Below, in pieces: positions 41,205 through 54,124 of a DNA stretch of 64,000 bases (positions are counted from its first letter, which is position 1; every line of letters begins with the position of its first letter). The notes beneath the pieces are model-generated. The model saw only the letters and a program-made list of their open reading frames with translations. It had not been told where the DNA came from and searched no databases. The stretch covers positions 16,802,001-16,866,000 of the forward strand of contig OZ024753.1 of NCBI GenBank assembly GCA_964016885.1, read 5' to 3'. Made by a program: the position numbers and the translations under genes. The stretch comes from Eledone cirrhosa. Taxonomy: Eukaryota.

Positions 41205-41636
41205 ATATTTAACCCTTTCATTACCATATTTCTAATGAAAGACACTGCCTATTCTTTAACCCTTTCATTACCATATTTCTAATGAAAGACACTGTCTATG
41301 TCATTAACCCTTTCATTACCTTATTTCTAATGAAAGACACTGTCTATGTCATTAACCCTTTCATTACCATATTTCTCATGAAAGTCACTGTCTATGTCAT
41401 TAACCCTTTCATTACCATATTTCCAATGAAAGACACTGTCTATGTCATTATCTCTTTCATTACCGTATCTCTAATGAAAGGCACTGTCTATGTCATTAAC
41501 CCTTTCATTGCCATATTTCTAATGAAACACACTGTCTATGTCATTAACCCTTTCATTACCATATTTCTAATGAAAGACACTGTCTATGTCATTAACCCTT
41601 TCATTACCATATTTTTAATGAAAGACACTGTCTATG
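41205..41636 (+). repeat. 51-bp minisatellite, ~8 copies
   Basis: Unit ttaaccctttcattaccatatttctaatgaaagacactgtctatgtca. Confidence 0.92.
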
Positions 41637-41771
41637 ATTTTCAATTATTTTGAAAATAATAAAAAATTTAGAGGGATTTAGTTGAAAATTTCTCATCATT
41701 GAATTAGTGTTTGGAACATAACTTAAAGGTTCTTATATATAATTGTGGCAGATGGTTTTGATTTATATATA

Positions 41772-42913
41772 TCATAATCTATAAAGCTCAGTGTGTGGTC
41801 ATGCTCCTTTCTTATAGAAATTTACGATATAGAATTTCTTCAATTGAAATTTACAATTCAGTATTCGAAATAGCTTCGATTGCGTCTTGGCACAGATAAT
41901 TTTTTCAATTTCATCCACAATTACGCAAAAAATAGATAAAACTCAATATTTTACGATTTTTCTCTGTCATTTAAACTGTTAAACTCTTTCCACTACCATT
42001 CAAAATCTATACAACTTCATACTTTCTGCTACTTTCTCTTTCCAAGCTTGATGGTGATACTGTCCGTTTTACTCTCTCATATCATCTGCTTCCCTCTAAC
42101 TACAACCCACACATTTTGCTACTTTCTCTTTTATACAGATACATTTATTCAACAACAAGCGATAAATCTTTTTTAAAACCTCTTTTCCAAACGCATACAA
42201 ACACACACTCACTTCAACAACAACAATCTGCCATTTATAGATAATGATAAACAATAATATCCTCTATGAGGTCACTAAACCTGCTAGAAACAGCAGCTAA
42301 CTCTCCCCCATACCACACCCCTCCCTAATGTCTTAAATTTAGAAAACATATCTTCTATGAGGTCACTAAACCTGCTAGAAACAGCAGCTAACTCTCCCCC
42401 ATATCACACCACTCCCTACTGTCTTAAATTTAGAAAACACATATCCTCTATGAGGTTACTAAACCTGCTAGAAACAGCAGCTAACTCTCCCCCATATCAC
42501 ACCACTCCCTACTGTCTTAAATTTAGAAAACACATATCCTCTATGAGGTAACTAAACCTGCTAGAAACAACAGCTAACTCTCCCTCATATCACAACCCTC
42601 CCTACTGTCTTAAATTTAGAAAACACACAGACAACCATGCAGAACAACTCCATCGCAGCTCTGTTGTTCTGCTGGCATCGTCTACGCACGTGTTGCGCAA
42701 GTACTGTGAAACAATAAATTTCAACACTTTTTTGCACAGAGATAATATCCATAGGCGAAACTACAATTGTCACTGCTGGCACAGCTCCTGCTTCCAGGTC
42801 TGCAATCCATTCACCCAGTGCCTGGCAGACAAAAAAGTGCTGCCATAAAATGGGTGGTGCAACCTAACTTTGGTAACTTAATGACCCCGAGCAACGCCGG
42901 GCTTTAATGCTAG
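41772..42913 (+). mobile_element. Probable non-autonomous Helitron with internal ~93-bp x4 repeat (42260-42625)
   Basis: 3' cccgagcaacgccggg hairpin + CTAG|T; 5' A|TCATAATCTATAAAG is tentative. Confidence 0.6.
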
Positions 42914-43849
42914 TACACTATAAAAGATCTGTTATTTTATCATCGGTCTATGTGTTTGAATAAAGGAGTGTCTGAGAAATGGGCAAAAATCCCAACCCCA
43001 TTTATAAGCCATGGCAGCTGATCAACACATAGATGGCATATATAAGCCAACTGCCCTCTCCCCACTACATTTTACCATTGATTTTTTGGGGGGGTGGGAG
43101 TCACATATTTCTTGGAATATATTTGAATACATATGATAATTACCGCTATATCAACTCAGCCGAATTCTTGATTTTGATTGATGGTGCCAAACCACAGAAT
43201 GGTGAATGCATTTCAATTAATTGTGAAAATGAACCAAGAATTTTGAAGAATTTACTTATGTAACTGACTTGATTATTATTAAGTTTGTTTTGAAATATAA
43301 CTGAGCAATGTGTCTTGTATAGAATTATGGCATGAGGTTCTTAGATAAATAGGAACATGTTAAAAAAGCATTTTTTTAAAAATGATATGAGGAACATTGC
43401 TCACGAGCTCATAACAGCTGAACTGTTGACGAAGGACTGCAGACTTGTTATTGAACTGGTCAGGAGAAAGGGAACTTCTGGTGAGGCAGGTAACAAGACC
43501 TCAACTTTAGGAGTAGATGGCTCTTTCTTACATTTGTAAATGTTTGTCATACAATAACTAATGGTTCAACAAATCACCTTTTATTGTTGTTTTACATATA
43601 GCTTATATATGGATACGTATTTTAATTAATTTTAAAAGTTAGCCAAGAAATTAGCCATTTTACCTGCAGAGTGTGGCTGAGACACCAGACTGGGGTGTAT
43701 TGACTATCCCTCCCCACTCTCCCTGTCTTTCATTGCTTGATCCTTCTTTCTTTTTCTCCTTTTCATTTTCTTTTATCTTTCCCTAGTACAATCAGGCTAT
43801 AATACATGAAGCAATATATATATATTCTTTCTTGTGACGCTAAACTCTG

Positions 43850-44190
43850 CCAGTTGCAGATTGCGCATCATGAGATATTTTTATCCACAAAGTTTGATCA
43901 CCAGCAGCAGAGTTTAAAGAGAAAAAATCAAGTCCAGTCCATAAGTTGACATTATCAAGCCATCGTTTTGGCTGCCGGTCTCAGCTTCTCTTACCAGCCA
44001 ACCTTTCTTCCAGGCATAACCTACTCACACCACGAGTTGATCTTTTTATATGACCGTATAGTTTAAGTACTCTTGACTTGACAATTGATGTAATTGGTAA
44101 AGTTTGGTTTATTGAGCAGCTCACTGATACAGATACGGTCGCTGAGCTGCTTGCCAGTCATAAGTCTCATGATGTGGTTCTGGAACATAT
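43850..44190 (-). mobile_element. RTE-clade LINE 3' fragment
   Basis: Minus strand LYGHIK..., EERLAGKRS*DRQPKRWLDNVNLWTG. Confidence 0.65.
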
Positions 44191-44240
44191 ATATAAGAAA
44201 GTCGACAAGAAAAAGAATTGAAAAGAACAATACCATACAG

Positions 44241-44406
44241 TAGGGTTTCCACAACTTTTTCAAACAGAGAACCCTTTTTGGTTCTGAATCTTTTGAGGAA
44301 CCCCAAAGTCTAATACTGTTATATGGTTGTAATATAAATATACTCCTCTACCCTTTTTCATGGAAACCTAGACACTTCTTTGTGGAACCCACTTTGGGAA
44401 CCACTG
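44241..44406. mobile_element. hAT-type MITE
   Basis: 8-bp TSD ccatacag (44233-44240, 44407-44414); imperfect TIRs tagggtttccacaac / ctttgggaaccactg. Confidence 0.75.
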
Positions 44407-44645
44407 CCATACAGTAATGGAATATTAGTTTAACACATGATAGTTGGAAAAGAGACTTAAAGGTTTCATATAATAGTCCTTCATCAGAAGTAAGAAACAG
44501 AAAGAGGAAACAGGGAGATAGATAAGAGTAAAAAAGAAATATATGAAATGAGGTAGCGAGAAGAAACAAATATATGTTGTTTGTTTGTCAGCCATTTTGA
44601 GTGCATCAATATATTTGCCTGTGTTTTGTTGTTCTTTTACACCAG

Positions 44646-44783
44646 AAAAACACAAGAGCTACCACCAGAAAGATGAACTCCTCGGCCGTGATGGTTTCAA
44701 GAAATTCATGAAGTATGAACACTGTAACTTCTCCCAATGTCGTTTCTCTAAAGTCAGCAACCACATCCATTGTATCAGACCTG
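44646..44783 (+). CDS. CASZ1: castor/CASZ1 exon (fingers 3-4)
   Basis: accAG acceptor, G|gtcagt donor, phase 1/1; (E)[26 protein letters not shown]...NHIHCIRP. Confidence 0.95.
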
Positions 44784-44802
44784 GTCAGTATAAACACACC
44801 TT

Positions 44803-44843
<41 letters not shown>

Positions 44844-45727
44844 ATTAACATATCTATGTCTAGGGTAAATTATGTGCTGTGATATATATATATGTGTATG
44901 TTAGTTTATGTGTGTATATATATTATATATTTTAATACAGCTATATGGCAACAGACTAAATGCTGGCCCCTCATATTAAAAAAATTAAGAAGTTGTTTAT
45001 TTAATTCTCTTATTAATTCTCTTATTGTTGTGGATAGACCTCACACTATGTTATCACCATCAAACCCAGCAAAATATGTATTGACAGTCGATTGACTTTT
45101 GTCAAATCGGACCGAGGAAACAATGTTTCCATTGGTCTTTCCAATTGTTAATATTATCTATCAGTCGCAACTCCAGGTAGAAGGAGCAACGTAAAATAAA
45201 GTGTATTGCTCAAGGACATAACACATCGCTCAGTCCTGGAATCGAACTCACAACCTCAAGATTGCGAATCCAATTCTCTAACCACTCAGCCACACGCCTT
45301 CACAAAATATATATATAATAGTTAAATAATACCCAACTTCAGATCACCTTCGCTATATTTAATGTTGTTTATACTCAAGCTGGACTTGGATTAGTACATT
45401 ACATGTTGTTGAGTGCTTTATTTTACTGGCCTCACCATTAACTGGTTGGAGTATGGATTACACAATTCTAGTCGGTTAACACCCTATAAAAAATATATAT
45501 ATATACTTTTAGTTAAATTGTATGAAACCACTGCTGGTCTAAGAGCTGATGAGTGTATATAAATGTCCGATCTTTTCTCGTCCATTTTCTTCCCTTTTCT
45601 CCTTTCTTCTTATCACTTCTGCAGGCCAACACACCTTTGACTTCTATCCTCCAAGCATGAGACTAATACACCATCATGTTATTGCATCCTCTTGTTTGTA
45701 CATTTTTTGTTTCCTTGATTTATATAT

Positions 45728-46418
45728 AGGCACATAGCTTAGTGGTTAGAGTCTCTGGCTTACAATCATGAGGTTTTAAGTTCACTTCTTGGACCAGGTG
45801 ATGTGTTGTGTGTTCTTGAACAAGACACTTTATTTCACATTTCTCCAGTTCACTCAGCTGTAGAAATGAGTTGCGACGTCACTGGTGCCATTTGCCATTC
45901 CCTTGGACAATGTCGGTGGTGTGGAGAGGGGAGAGTGGTATGCATGGGTGACTGTTGGTCTTCCACAAGCAACCTTGCCTGGACTTGTGCCTCAGAGAGG
46001 AACTTTCTAGATGCATATCCCATGGTCATTGGTGACAGAAGGGGTTCTTTACCTTTATCATCATCTTTATTATCATTTTCTGTCCACTTTTCCCTGCTTG
46101 TAGGGTGGGACGGGAACTGATTCTGGCTTGATTTCTACAGCTGGATGCCCTTCTTAACACCAACCTCATTTACAGTGAGTGCTGGGTGCCTTTTTCCGTG
46201 GCGCCTACACATCCACTTTAAAGTGTGTGCTGGGTGTTTTTTTTTTGGCCGTGGCACCTCCACGACCACTTTGGAGTGGAATGGGGTCCATATCATCTCA
46301 TTTCTACAGCTGAGTAAACTGGAGCAATGTGAAATAAAGTGTCTTGCTCAAGGAAACAACACATCACCCGGTCTGAGAATTGAACTGACAACCTTTTGAT
46401 TGCCAGGCCAATGCTCTA
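45728..46418. mobile_element. Tail-to-tail SINE pair (family A tail 2, +, 45728-46052; family A, -, 46060-46418)
   Basis: Shared head/core sequences in opposite orientation. Confidence 0.85.
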
Positions 46419-46429
46419 ATATATATATG

Positions 46430-46460
<31 letters not shown>

Positions 46461-46662
46461 GGGAATGTAATGTCCAGTTAACGTCGATGTGTAGTTTCCA
46501 GTAAGTATATATATATGGTACATAGGTGTATGTTCATATTTGGAAGTTAGCAGTTGTTTATTTAATTTCTTAAGCGAGTTCTTCCATTTTTATGTTCTGT
46601 TTTCACTTGTTCATTTTATATCTTTCTCTTTTTTTTTCTTCCTTCCATGACCACCCTTCTAG

Positions 46663-46998
46663 ATTGTAATTATATTCTACATTCTACTGCACAACTTTAC
46701 TCACACAAGCGAAGGCATGAGAGGCGGGATTTTGAGAATGCCTATCGCCGATTCCAAGAGGTGCGCCATAACAAGGTAACAGCAGTGGATTTGAGCAGCA
46801 ACAGCAGCAATCAGCAGCAGCAGACGGGGTCAGTCACTGAACCATGTGGTGGCACTGACTCGGAGTCAATGGGGCAAGGAGAAGGAGGAAGGGGAAGTGA
46901 AGAAACGGCAGCAGTTAACAGCAAATCCAGTACAGACATGGCAGCAACATCAACTGGGCTACCATCTCAAAAACCGTCCTTGACTACAATGCTTGATA

Positions 46999-47037
<39 letters not shown>

Positions 47038-47497
47038 GCAGCGAGGGCAAGGATCAACTAATGTTACCAAATTACTCTTCATGTCTTAGAACTGATTCCT
47101 CAAACTTATCTTTGGAGATTGATATAAAAAATATAAAAAAAGAGGTTGAAGATGATGAAGAATTTTATGACCATACAGACGATAAAACACATTTGTCTGG
47201 GTCTCAGTCCTTCCATGGTGATGCCGTGTCTCCCAAGGATGACAAGTCTAACTGCAACACTGCAATATCTTCCACTGTAGGGGGAACATTGGCCATGAGG
47301 GCTTCCAATCTCTGTGGAGATTCTCTCAATAATTCTCTCAACTTGCTGATTCCTGTCAACTGTACCAAGTCAGAACTCTACACCAATCACCTCATTTTAA
47401 ACATGAGCAACAACAACAACAACAACATCGGTGTTGGACAGCTGAGAGGAGGTGAAAAGAGAGAAAAGGATGAGAACTGGAAAACTTATTTAAAGAG
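46663..47497 (+). CDS. CASZ1: castor/CASZ1 exon (end of finger 4 + low-complexity linker)
   Basis: ttctAG acceptor, AG|gtgagg donor, phase 1/2; (D)CNYILHSTAQLYSHKRRHERR, then a Ser/Asn-rich linker with poly-N, ending WKTYLK(R). Confidence 0.92.
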
Positions 47498-47653
47498 GTG
47501 AGGAACACATCTTTATTGTCATTTATCCACTTCATTGTTGTCACCACTATAGGGTTTCTCTCTGTCTCTTTGAAACTTATTTTAGATGACACAAGAAATA
47601 GAAACACATAATGTCCTGGGAAATCTTGGGATATATAAAATATATATACACAT

Positions 47654-47696
<43 letters not shown>

Positions 47697-47705
47697 TATA
47701 TATAT

Positions 47706-48141
47706 GGAGGCACATGGCTTAGTGGTTAGACCATTGGCCTTGCAATCGAAAGGTTGTTAGTTCAATTCTCAGACCGGGTGATGTGTTGTTTCCTTGAGCA
47801 AGACACTTTATTTCACATTGCTCTAGTTTACTCAGCTGTAGAAATGAGATGATAGGACTGGGGTCCCTGTCATTCCACTGTAAAGTGGTCATGGAGGTGC
47901 CACGGCAAAAAAGCACCCAGCTCACACTGTAAAGTGGACGTGGAGGTGCCATGGCAAAAAAGCACCCAGCCCACACTGTAAAGTAGACGTGGAGGTGCCA
48001 TGGAAAAAAAAGCACCCACCACTCACTGTAAATGAGGTTGGTGTTAGGAAGGGCATCCAGCTGTAGAAATCAAGCCAGAATTAGTTCCTGTCCCACCCTT
48101 GCAAGCAGGGAAAAAGCGGACATGAAATGATGATGATGATG
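47706..48141 (+). mobile_element. SINE family A with internal ~48-bp triplication
   Basis: cactgtaaagtggacgtggaggtgccatggcaaaaaagcacccag repeated three times. Confidence 0.9.
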
Positions 48142-49692
48142 AAATATATATAAAAGAAATAGGATTTCGCTTCAAGCATAGTTTTATACAAATATGTATA
48201 GAAATTTTGTATTCCTAAAGAAACACGGTTTTAGGAAGCTGTAGCTATGCAATCGCCGGGGCTAATGCCCTCTGGTGGTGTCCAGCAGAAGCAAGGGCGA
48301 CAACCGTCTATGCATTTCAGGCTTGCTAGCATTCCTTAGGACAGTCCCTCCCACTGCTTGCGACTGCTGGACTTGAAAACAGTTGAGAATATATAGTTTT
48401 CTTGTCTAATTATATATATATATAATAAGAGGTTAATATATGATAAGAGGTTCCCTGCTAGTACCAGTTGCATCTCAGCGTTCTCAATAGATAAGGTTAT
48501 GTAAAAATCCCAGAGTGGACCCAAAAGTTATTTGCCTCAATACAACACACGTAAATGGGTACCATATATTTATACCCGTACTCTAGTTTCTGCCACACTT
48601 AATGCAGCAAGACAGTGTACAGCATCTACTGTCTGTATATATTATGTAACAATGCACAATCAGCACATATAGTTTCATCAGCAGCTCTTGCCTAATCAAT
48701 AACCAATCAATCGACAGGATTCAATTCTAGTCAATGCTGGCTATGGCAGTAAATGCAACAGGATACACAGTAGTACAGTTGTAGTGCGTCATCAAAATAC
48801 TGTCAACCAATTGGCCACTGGTTCCAAAATTTATGTGATGGTAGGAGTCAACATTCTATTTTTCGACCCTATATATATCATTATACCTAAATATAATTTG
48901 TATAAATGAAACTGCAAAATGTAATTTTTAGCCTCTGTAAGCCACCTAGATTCTTGCCATTCTAATACTGGTGGCTTAGTTCAGATCTAGCTATTGAAAT
49001 GGCCGGAGCTCAGCCGTCGGGGTCCTGAATCTTTTCATATATATAGGGTAGGGTTTTTTTTATATCGATATTGTTGGGCATCCACTGATGATTTATAAGT
49101 GCCCACCTGCATATATTCCTATAGACTATAGTGTAGGCTTCTACATAACCTAGACATTATTTTCCCAACTTGTAGAAAGCTTATAATGAAACGATCCTTT
49201 GGAAGGAGGGATGTATTTAATTATGTTTCATATAAAATAATACAACTGGCTATCCTCAACATACGTATAGTTAGCACCCCGTTTTGGGCTTGTGCTTTGA
49301 TGTATCTATGCCTTGATTTGTTTGTTTATTTTGGTGTTTTACTTCTGCGTTTTTTATTGTTTTTTATTTATTTTTTTATTTTTTATTTTTTATTGTTTTT
49401 GATCATGCTGAGTAACACCTTCACTCATTCCCTGCTACCCTCTCCCAACCTCCTTGTCTTCTATTGCATTTGTAAATGATAAATTTTTGTTGTGATCTTT
49501 GATGAAATTTTTTATGACATTTTTTATGACATTTTATGACTTTTTATGACATTTTATGACAGTATATGCGTCATGAATTGTGTCTGTTTCTATTTAGCAC
49601 TTGGCCTCGGGACGCCCCTGCTGGTCCCTTAACCTTGTTCTGGTGATGCAGATCATGGAGCATACAACTATTGATATACTCTTGTTTATATA

Positions 49693-49739
49693 GGCTCTGA
49701 TGATTCCTGCCTTAGGGTACGAATGAAACACCGTTAGCT
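49693..49739 (+). ncRNA. Degenerate hammerhead-like fold
   Basis: ggct CTGATGA ttc...gaat GAAA caccg TT agct, then AATAAA; helix II register off by one base. Confidence 0.4.
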
Positions 49740-49908
49740 AATAAAATAATGTATTTCTAAGCACTCTTTGGTTATTCCTAAACCTATAACGGCTCTGTAG
49801 TATACCAGTTATCCTACATTGATCTAAAACCATACTGTCATACCAAGGGCAATATATCTGCGTGTCTGGGCACATTGATATATTTGTCAACAAAACTATA
49901 TATATATT

Positions 49909-50251
49909 ATCATCATCATTTATCATCATTTTACGTCCGCTTTTCCCTGCTTGCAAGGGTGGGACGCGAACTGATTCTGGCTTGATTTCTACAGCTGGAT
50001 GCCCTTCCTAACACCAACCTCATTTACAGTGAGTGCTGGGTGCTTTTTTTGCAGTGGCACCTCCATGACCACTTTGCAGTGGAATGATAGGGACCCCAGT
50101 CCTATCATCTCATTTCTACAGCTGAGTAAACTGGAGTAATGTGAAATAAAGTGTCTTGCTCAAGGAAACAACACATCACCCGGTCTGAGAATTGAACTCA
50201 CAACCTTTCGATTGCAAGGCCAATGCTCTAACCACTAAGCCATGTGCCTCC
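49909..50251 (-). mobile_element. SINE family A, full length
   Basis: Reverse complement of 18265-18600. Confidence 0.9.
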
Positions 50252-50442
50252 ATATATATATATATATATATCCAAAGAAATATTTAATTTGTTGGTTATT
50301 CAACAAATTTATTTATAACAGATTTCTGGAGTATAATATCAATGATTTTATAAATATAGTTTCCATTTATTAATATCATTGATATATATATATATATATA
50401 TTTAGCTGGCTGTTATTAATGTGATGTTTGTAATTGTTACAG

Positions 50443-50565
50443 ATACACAGCTAACGATCCTTGTAATCCCCGATGTGACTACCTCTATAAGGATCACTAT
50501 CATTGCCAAGTTATGGGATGTACTGTGGTATATCGGTCAAAAGATGGTGTACGAGAACATGCCAG
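50443..50565 (+). CDS. CASZ1: castor/CASZ1 exon (finger 5); this frame is absent from the ORF track
   Basis: ttacAG acceptor, AG|gtttgt donor, phase 2/2; YTANDPCNPRCDYLYKDHYHCQVMGCTVVYRSKDGVREHA(R). Confidence 0.9.
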
Positions 50566-51014
50566 GTTTGTGCTTTCTTATACTTTTAATCATTTTTCAC
50601 TTTCTTAACATACATCATCATCATCATCAGCACTGCTTAACGTCTATTTTTCCATGCTAGCATGGGTTAGATGAGTTGTGAGACAAGTCAGATCAGGGTG
50701 ACCATGTCTTGCTTATACAGAACTGTTTCTAGCTTGGTTTCTATGGCTGGATGCCCTCCCTAACACCAACCATATTTACAGTGTGGACTGGGCACTTCTT
50801 GTCATATATATATATATAAATAAATATATATATATAGTATTTTGGTCGTTTTGGAAGCCTTAACAATGTAGATGGGTAATTCTCCGGGTAACAAGATCCG
50901 GTGGTGAAGAGAGAGATAGAAGTGAATGTAGAATGAGATGTATAGTGTGTAGAAAAACGTAGGAAAGAGCGTAAAAAAAAATAAAAATAATAACACGAGA
51001 TAGAGTTACCTTGT

Positions 51015-51312
51015 AGGCCCCGGCCTGAAAGTTCTTCCAAAGAGATTGGCTAGTTGATTTTCGTCAACGCCTAGAGTTTCCCCAAGTACGTCGTCGCTCT
51101 TCCCCTCCACTAATCCTCTATAGAACGCCAAGGTGGAGTTTCCACCGATCACATTGCCCGACTGGTTGAGGGCCGTGAGCGCCTGAAGACGTTCCAGTCT
51201 CCAAGCGCTCCCTCTCGGTCTTCGCTTGACCCAGGACTGCAGCTCCGTCAAGGAGATGAGCTGGGGAAAGACGCGTCTAGCAAATGGCGACCACACCTAA
51301 TCACCGTCGAGG
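51015..51312 (-). mobile_element. GC-rich LINE ORF fragment, probably L1/Tx1-type ORF2
   Basis: CpG-rich island in AT-rich DNA; open frame ...STLAFYRGLVEGKSDDVLGETLGVDENQLANLFGRTFRPGP. Family call is from recall only. Confidence 0.45.
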
Positions 51313-51872
51313 AAGGCACAAGGCCAGCAATTTGCAGGGAGGGGAAAGTTGATTAAATCGACCCCAGTGTGTTACTGGTACTTTATTTTATCGACCCAGT
51401 AAGGATGAAAGGCAAAGCTAACCTCAGCGGGATTCGAACTCAGAATGTAAAGGGCCGTAACTCTATACTGCAAAGCATGGTGTTTGACACTCTATCGACA
51501 TTGCCAATCCCGTGCCCTTACAACAACAACAATAATAATAATTGTTTCTTCTTTAGCCACAAAGCCAGCAATCACCCAGTGCATTACTGGTACTTTATTT
51601 TATCGACCCCGTAAGGATGAAAGGCAAAGTTAACCTCGGCGGGATTTGAACTCAGATCGTAAAGGGACGTAACTATGCTGGAAAGCAACAATAATAACAA
51701 TAATAATAATAATGAGTAGGAAGGAAGTATCAGTATAATTTCATCATGTTTATTCACACATGACATGTGTTTCACGATTGATCGGCCCAAGGTGATCTAG
51801 CTAGACTCTGAAATCAATAGCTGATCAGACTTTGAGAATCCACAAGTTTGTTGAGCTAGTGATACACGCACA

Positions 51873-51912
<40 letters not shown>

Positions 51913-52487
51913 ATACTTGAATATATAAACCAACATATATATTTTATGTCTGGAAAATGGGTAAAAAAGTTTAGATGGCATGATTTTGAAAGTCTTATGT
52001 GATGTATAAACCTTTGCACTAAATATACACTTGCTTATGACATCAAATATAGAAGGGTACCATTTTAGTGAAATTGTATTTGTTACTCCAAAATAATTTT
52101 TTTTTTTTTTAGACTTTATATATGGGGTGTTGTGTTGGTAGAGTCGTTAGATGTAGGTTTGAATGCTTTGCCGTATCCATTCCAACTCTCTGCTCTCTGA
52201 GTTCAAATATCACCAAGGTCAACTTTGCCTTTTGAGGTTGATAAAAAAAAGAACCAATCAAGTACCGGGGTCGATTCTCCGTCTGTATTTCTTTCTCACA
52301 CACTCTCTCTGTCCTTCTATGGAAGAAATTTGCCGTATGCAGACCTGGAGAGGGTTGGTCTCTGTCAGGTTTAAAAATGCCCAAGAAACGTTGTATATCA
52401 ATATGGCATCTCTACGACTCCATCAGGGTTTATGGGTAAGAAAATGTGTCTTTATATATGGGGGGGGGGGTCACCATATTCTTTTAA

Positions 52488-52709
52488 CCCTTTAGCATTC
52501 ACAATAATCTATATATATACTATTATATTTTCATGGTAAAGACTTTACCTCACATAATTATCTCACATAATATCGAATATATGAGATTTTGAAAGTATTT
52601 ATTTTGAGAACAATACCTTAACATCAGTTTGAGTGACCAGTTACAGCCAGTTTCAACAGAAAAAGGTAGAGAATTCTGGCCGGTTTTGGCCGGTTTGAAC
52701 ACTAAAGGG
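52488..52709. mobile_element. piggyBac-type MITE, third copy
   Basis: TTAA|CCCTTTAGCATTC...GAACACTAAAGGG|TTAA. Confidence 0.85.
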
Positions 52710-52780
52710 TTAAGTGTTTAGGACCTCAAAAGTAGTTAATCAGTTCCTGTTAATGCTGCTATATTTTCTCTGTATTTCAG

Positions 52781-52898
52781 ATTCCATGAATTCCAAGACC
52801 ATATCACAACAAACTGTTACATGTTGTACAAATCTACTGAACCGTGTCTACAGAACTGTGAGTTCAATCTGAAGGAGAAGCACTATCACTGTCAATAT
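52781..52898 (+). CDS. CASZ1: castor/CASZ1 exon (fingers 5-6); absent from the ORF track
   Basis: tttcAG acceptor, TAT|gtgagt donor, phase 2/0; FHEFQDHITTNCYMLYKSTEPCLQNCEFNLKEKHYHCQY. Confidence 0.9.
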
Positions 52899-52924
52899 GT
52901 GAGTTGTTCTCTCTACAGTTGTAT

Positions 52925-54050
52925 GTAGTGGTAGTGTAATGGTTGTTGTGGTGGTAGTGGTGGTGTGGTGGTGGTGTGATGGTTAAGGCTGTTTTGTTGT
53001 TCGTGGTGGTGGTGTAATAGTGTGGTGGTAGTGGTGGGGTGGTGGTGGTGGTAGTGTAATGGTTGTTGTGGTGGTGTGGTAGTGTAATGGTGTGGTGGTA
53101 GTGGTGGTGTGGTGGTGTGATGTGGTGGTGGTGGTTGTTGTGTTGTTGGTGGTGTGATGGTGTGGTGTGGTGGTGGTGGTGGTGGTTGTTGTGTTGTTAG
53201 TGGTGGTAGTAGTGGTAGTGCAATGGTGTGATGTGGTAGTGGTGGTGTGGTGGTGTTGGTGATGGGGTGGTGGTGTGATGGTTGTGTTCCTGATGGTGGT
53301 GGTGTGATGGTTGTGTTCCTGGTGGTGGTGGTGTGATGGTTGTGTTCCTGGTGGTGGCGGTGGTGTGATGGTTGTGTTCCTAGTGGTGGCAGTGGTGTGA
53401 TGGTTGTGTTCCTAGTGGTGGCGGTGGTGTGATGGTTGTGTTCCTAGTGGTGGCGGTGGTGTGATGGTTGTGTTCCTAGTGGTGGCAGTGGTGTGATGGT
53501 TGTGTTCCTAGTGGTGGCGGTGGTGTGATGGTTGTGTTCCTAGTGGTGGCGGTGGTGTGATGGTTGTGTTCCTAGTGGTGGCGGTGGTGTGATGGTTGTG
53601 TTCCTAGTGGTGGCAGTGGTGTGATGGTTGTGTTCCTGGTGGTGGTGGTGTGATGGTTGTGTTCCTAGTGGTGGCAGTGGTGTGATGGTTGTGTTCCTAG
53701 TGGTGGCGGTGGTGTGATGGTTGTGTTCCTAGTGGTGGCGGTGGTGTGATGGTTGTGTTCCTAGTGGTGGCGGTGGTGTGATGGTTGTGTTCCTGGTGGT
53801 GGTGGTGGTGTGATGGTTGTGTTCCTAGTGGTGGCGGTGGTGTGATGGTTGTGTTCCTAGTGGTGGCGGTGGTGTGATGGTTGTGTTCCTAGTGGTGGCG
53901 GTGGTGTGATGGTTGTGTTCCTAGTGGTGGTGGTGGTGTGATGGTTGTGTTCCTGGTGGTGGTGGTGGTGTGATGGTTGTGTTCCTAGTGGTGGCGGTGG
54001 TGTGATGGTTGTGTTCCTGGTGGTGGTGGTGTGGTGGAGATGGTGATGGT
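52925..54050. repeat. GGT-rich tract grading into a 32-bp minisatellite
   Basis: Unit tggttgtgttcctagtggtggcggtggtgtga from ~53270. Confidence 0.92.
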
Positions 54051-54124
54051 GTACATTATATTAAACATTAAACCAAACCTAGTACTTCACTAATATAATG
54101 ACCTAAGTGACTTATTGAGATTTG

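Noticed and set aside
45520-45562. Permuted hammerhead (GAAA ccactgctgg TC taagag CTGATGA)
   Set aside because: Helix III forms, but helices I and II cannot be paired convincingly.
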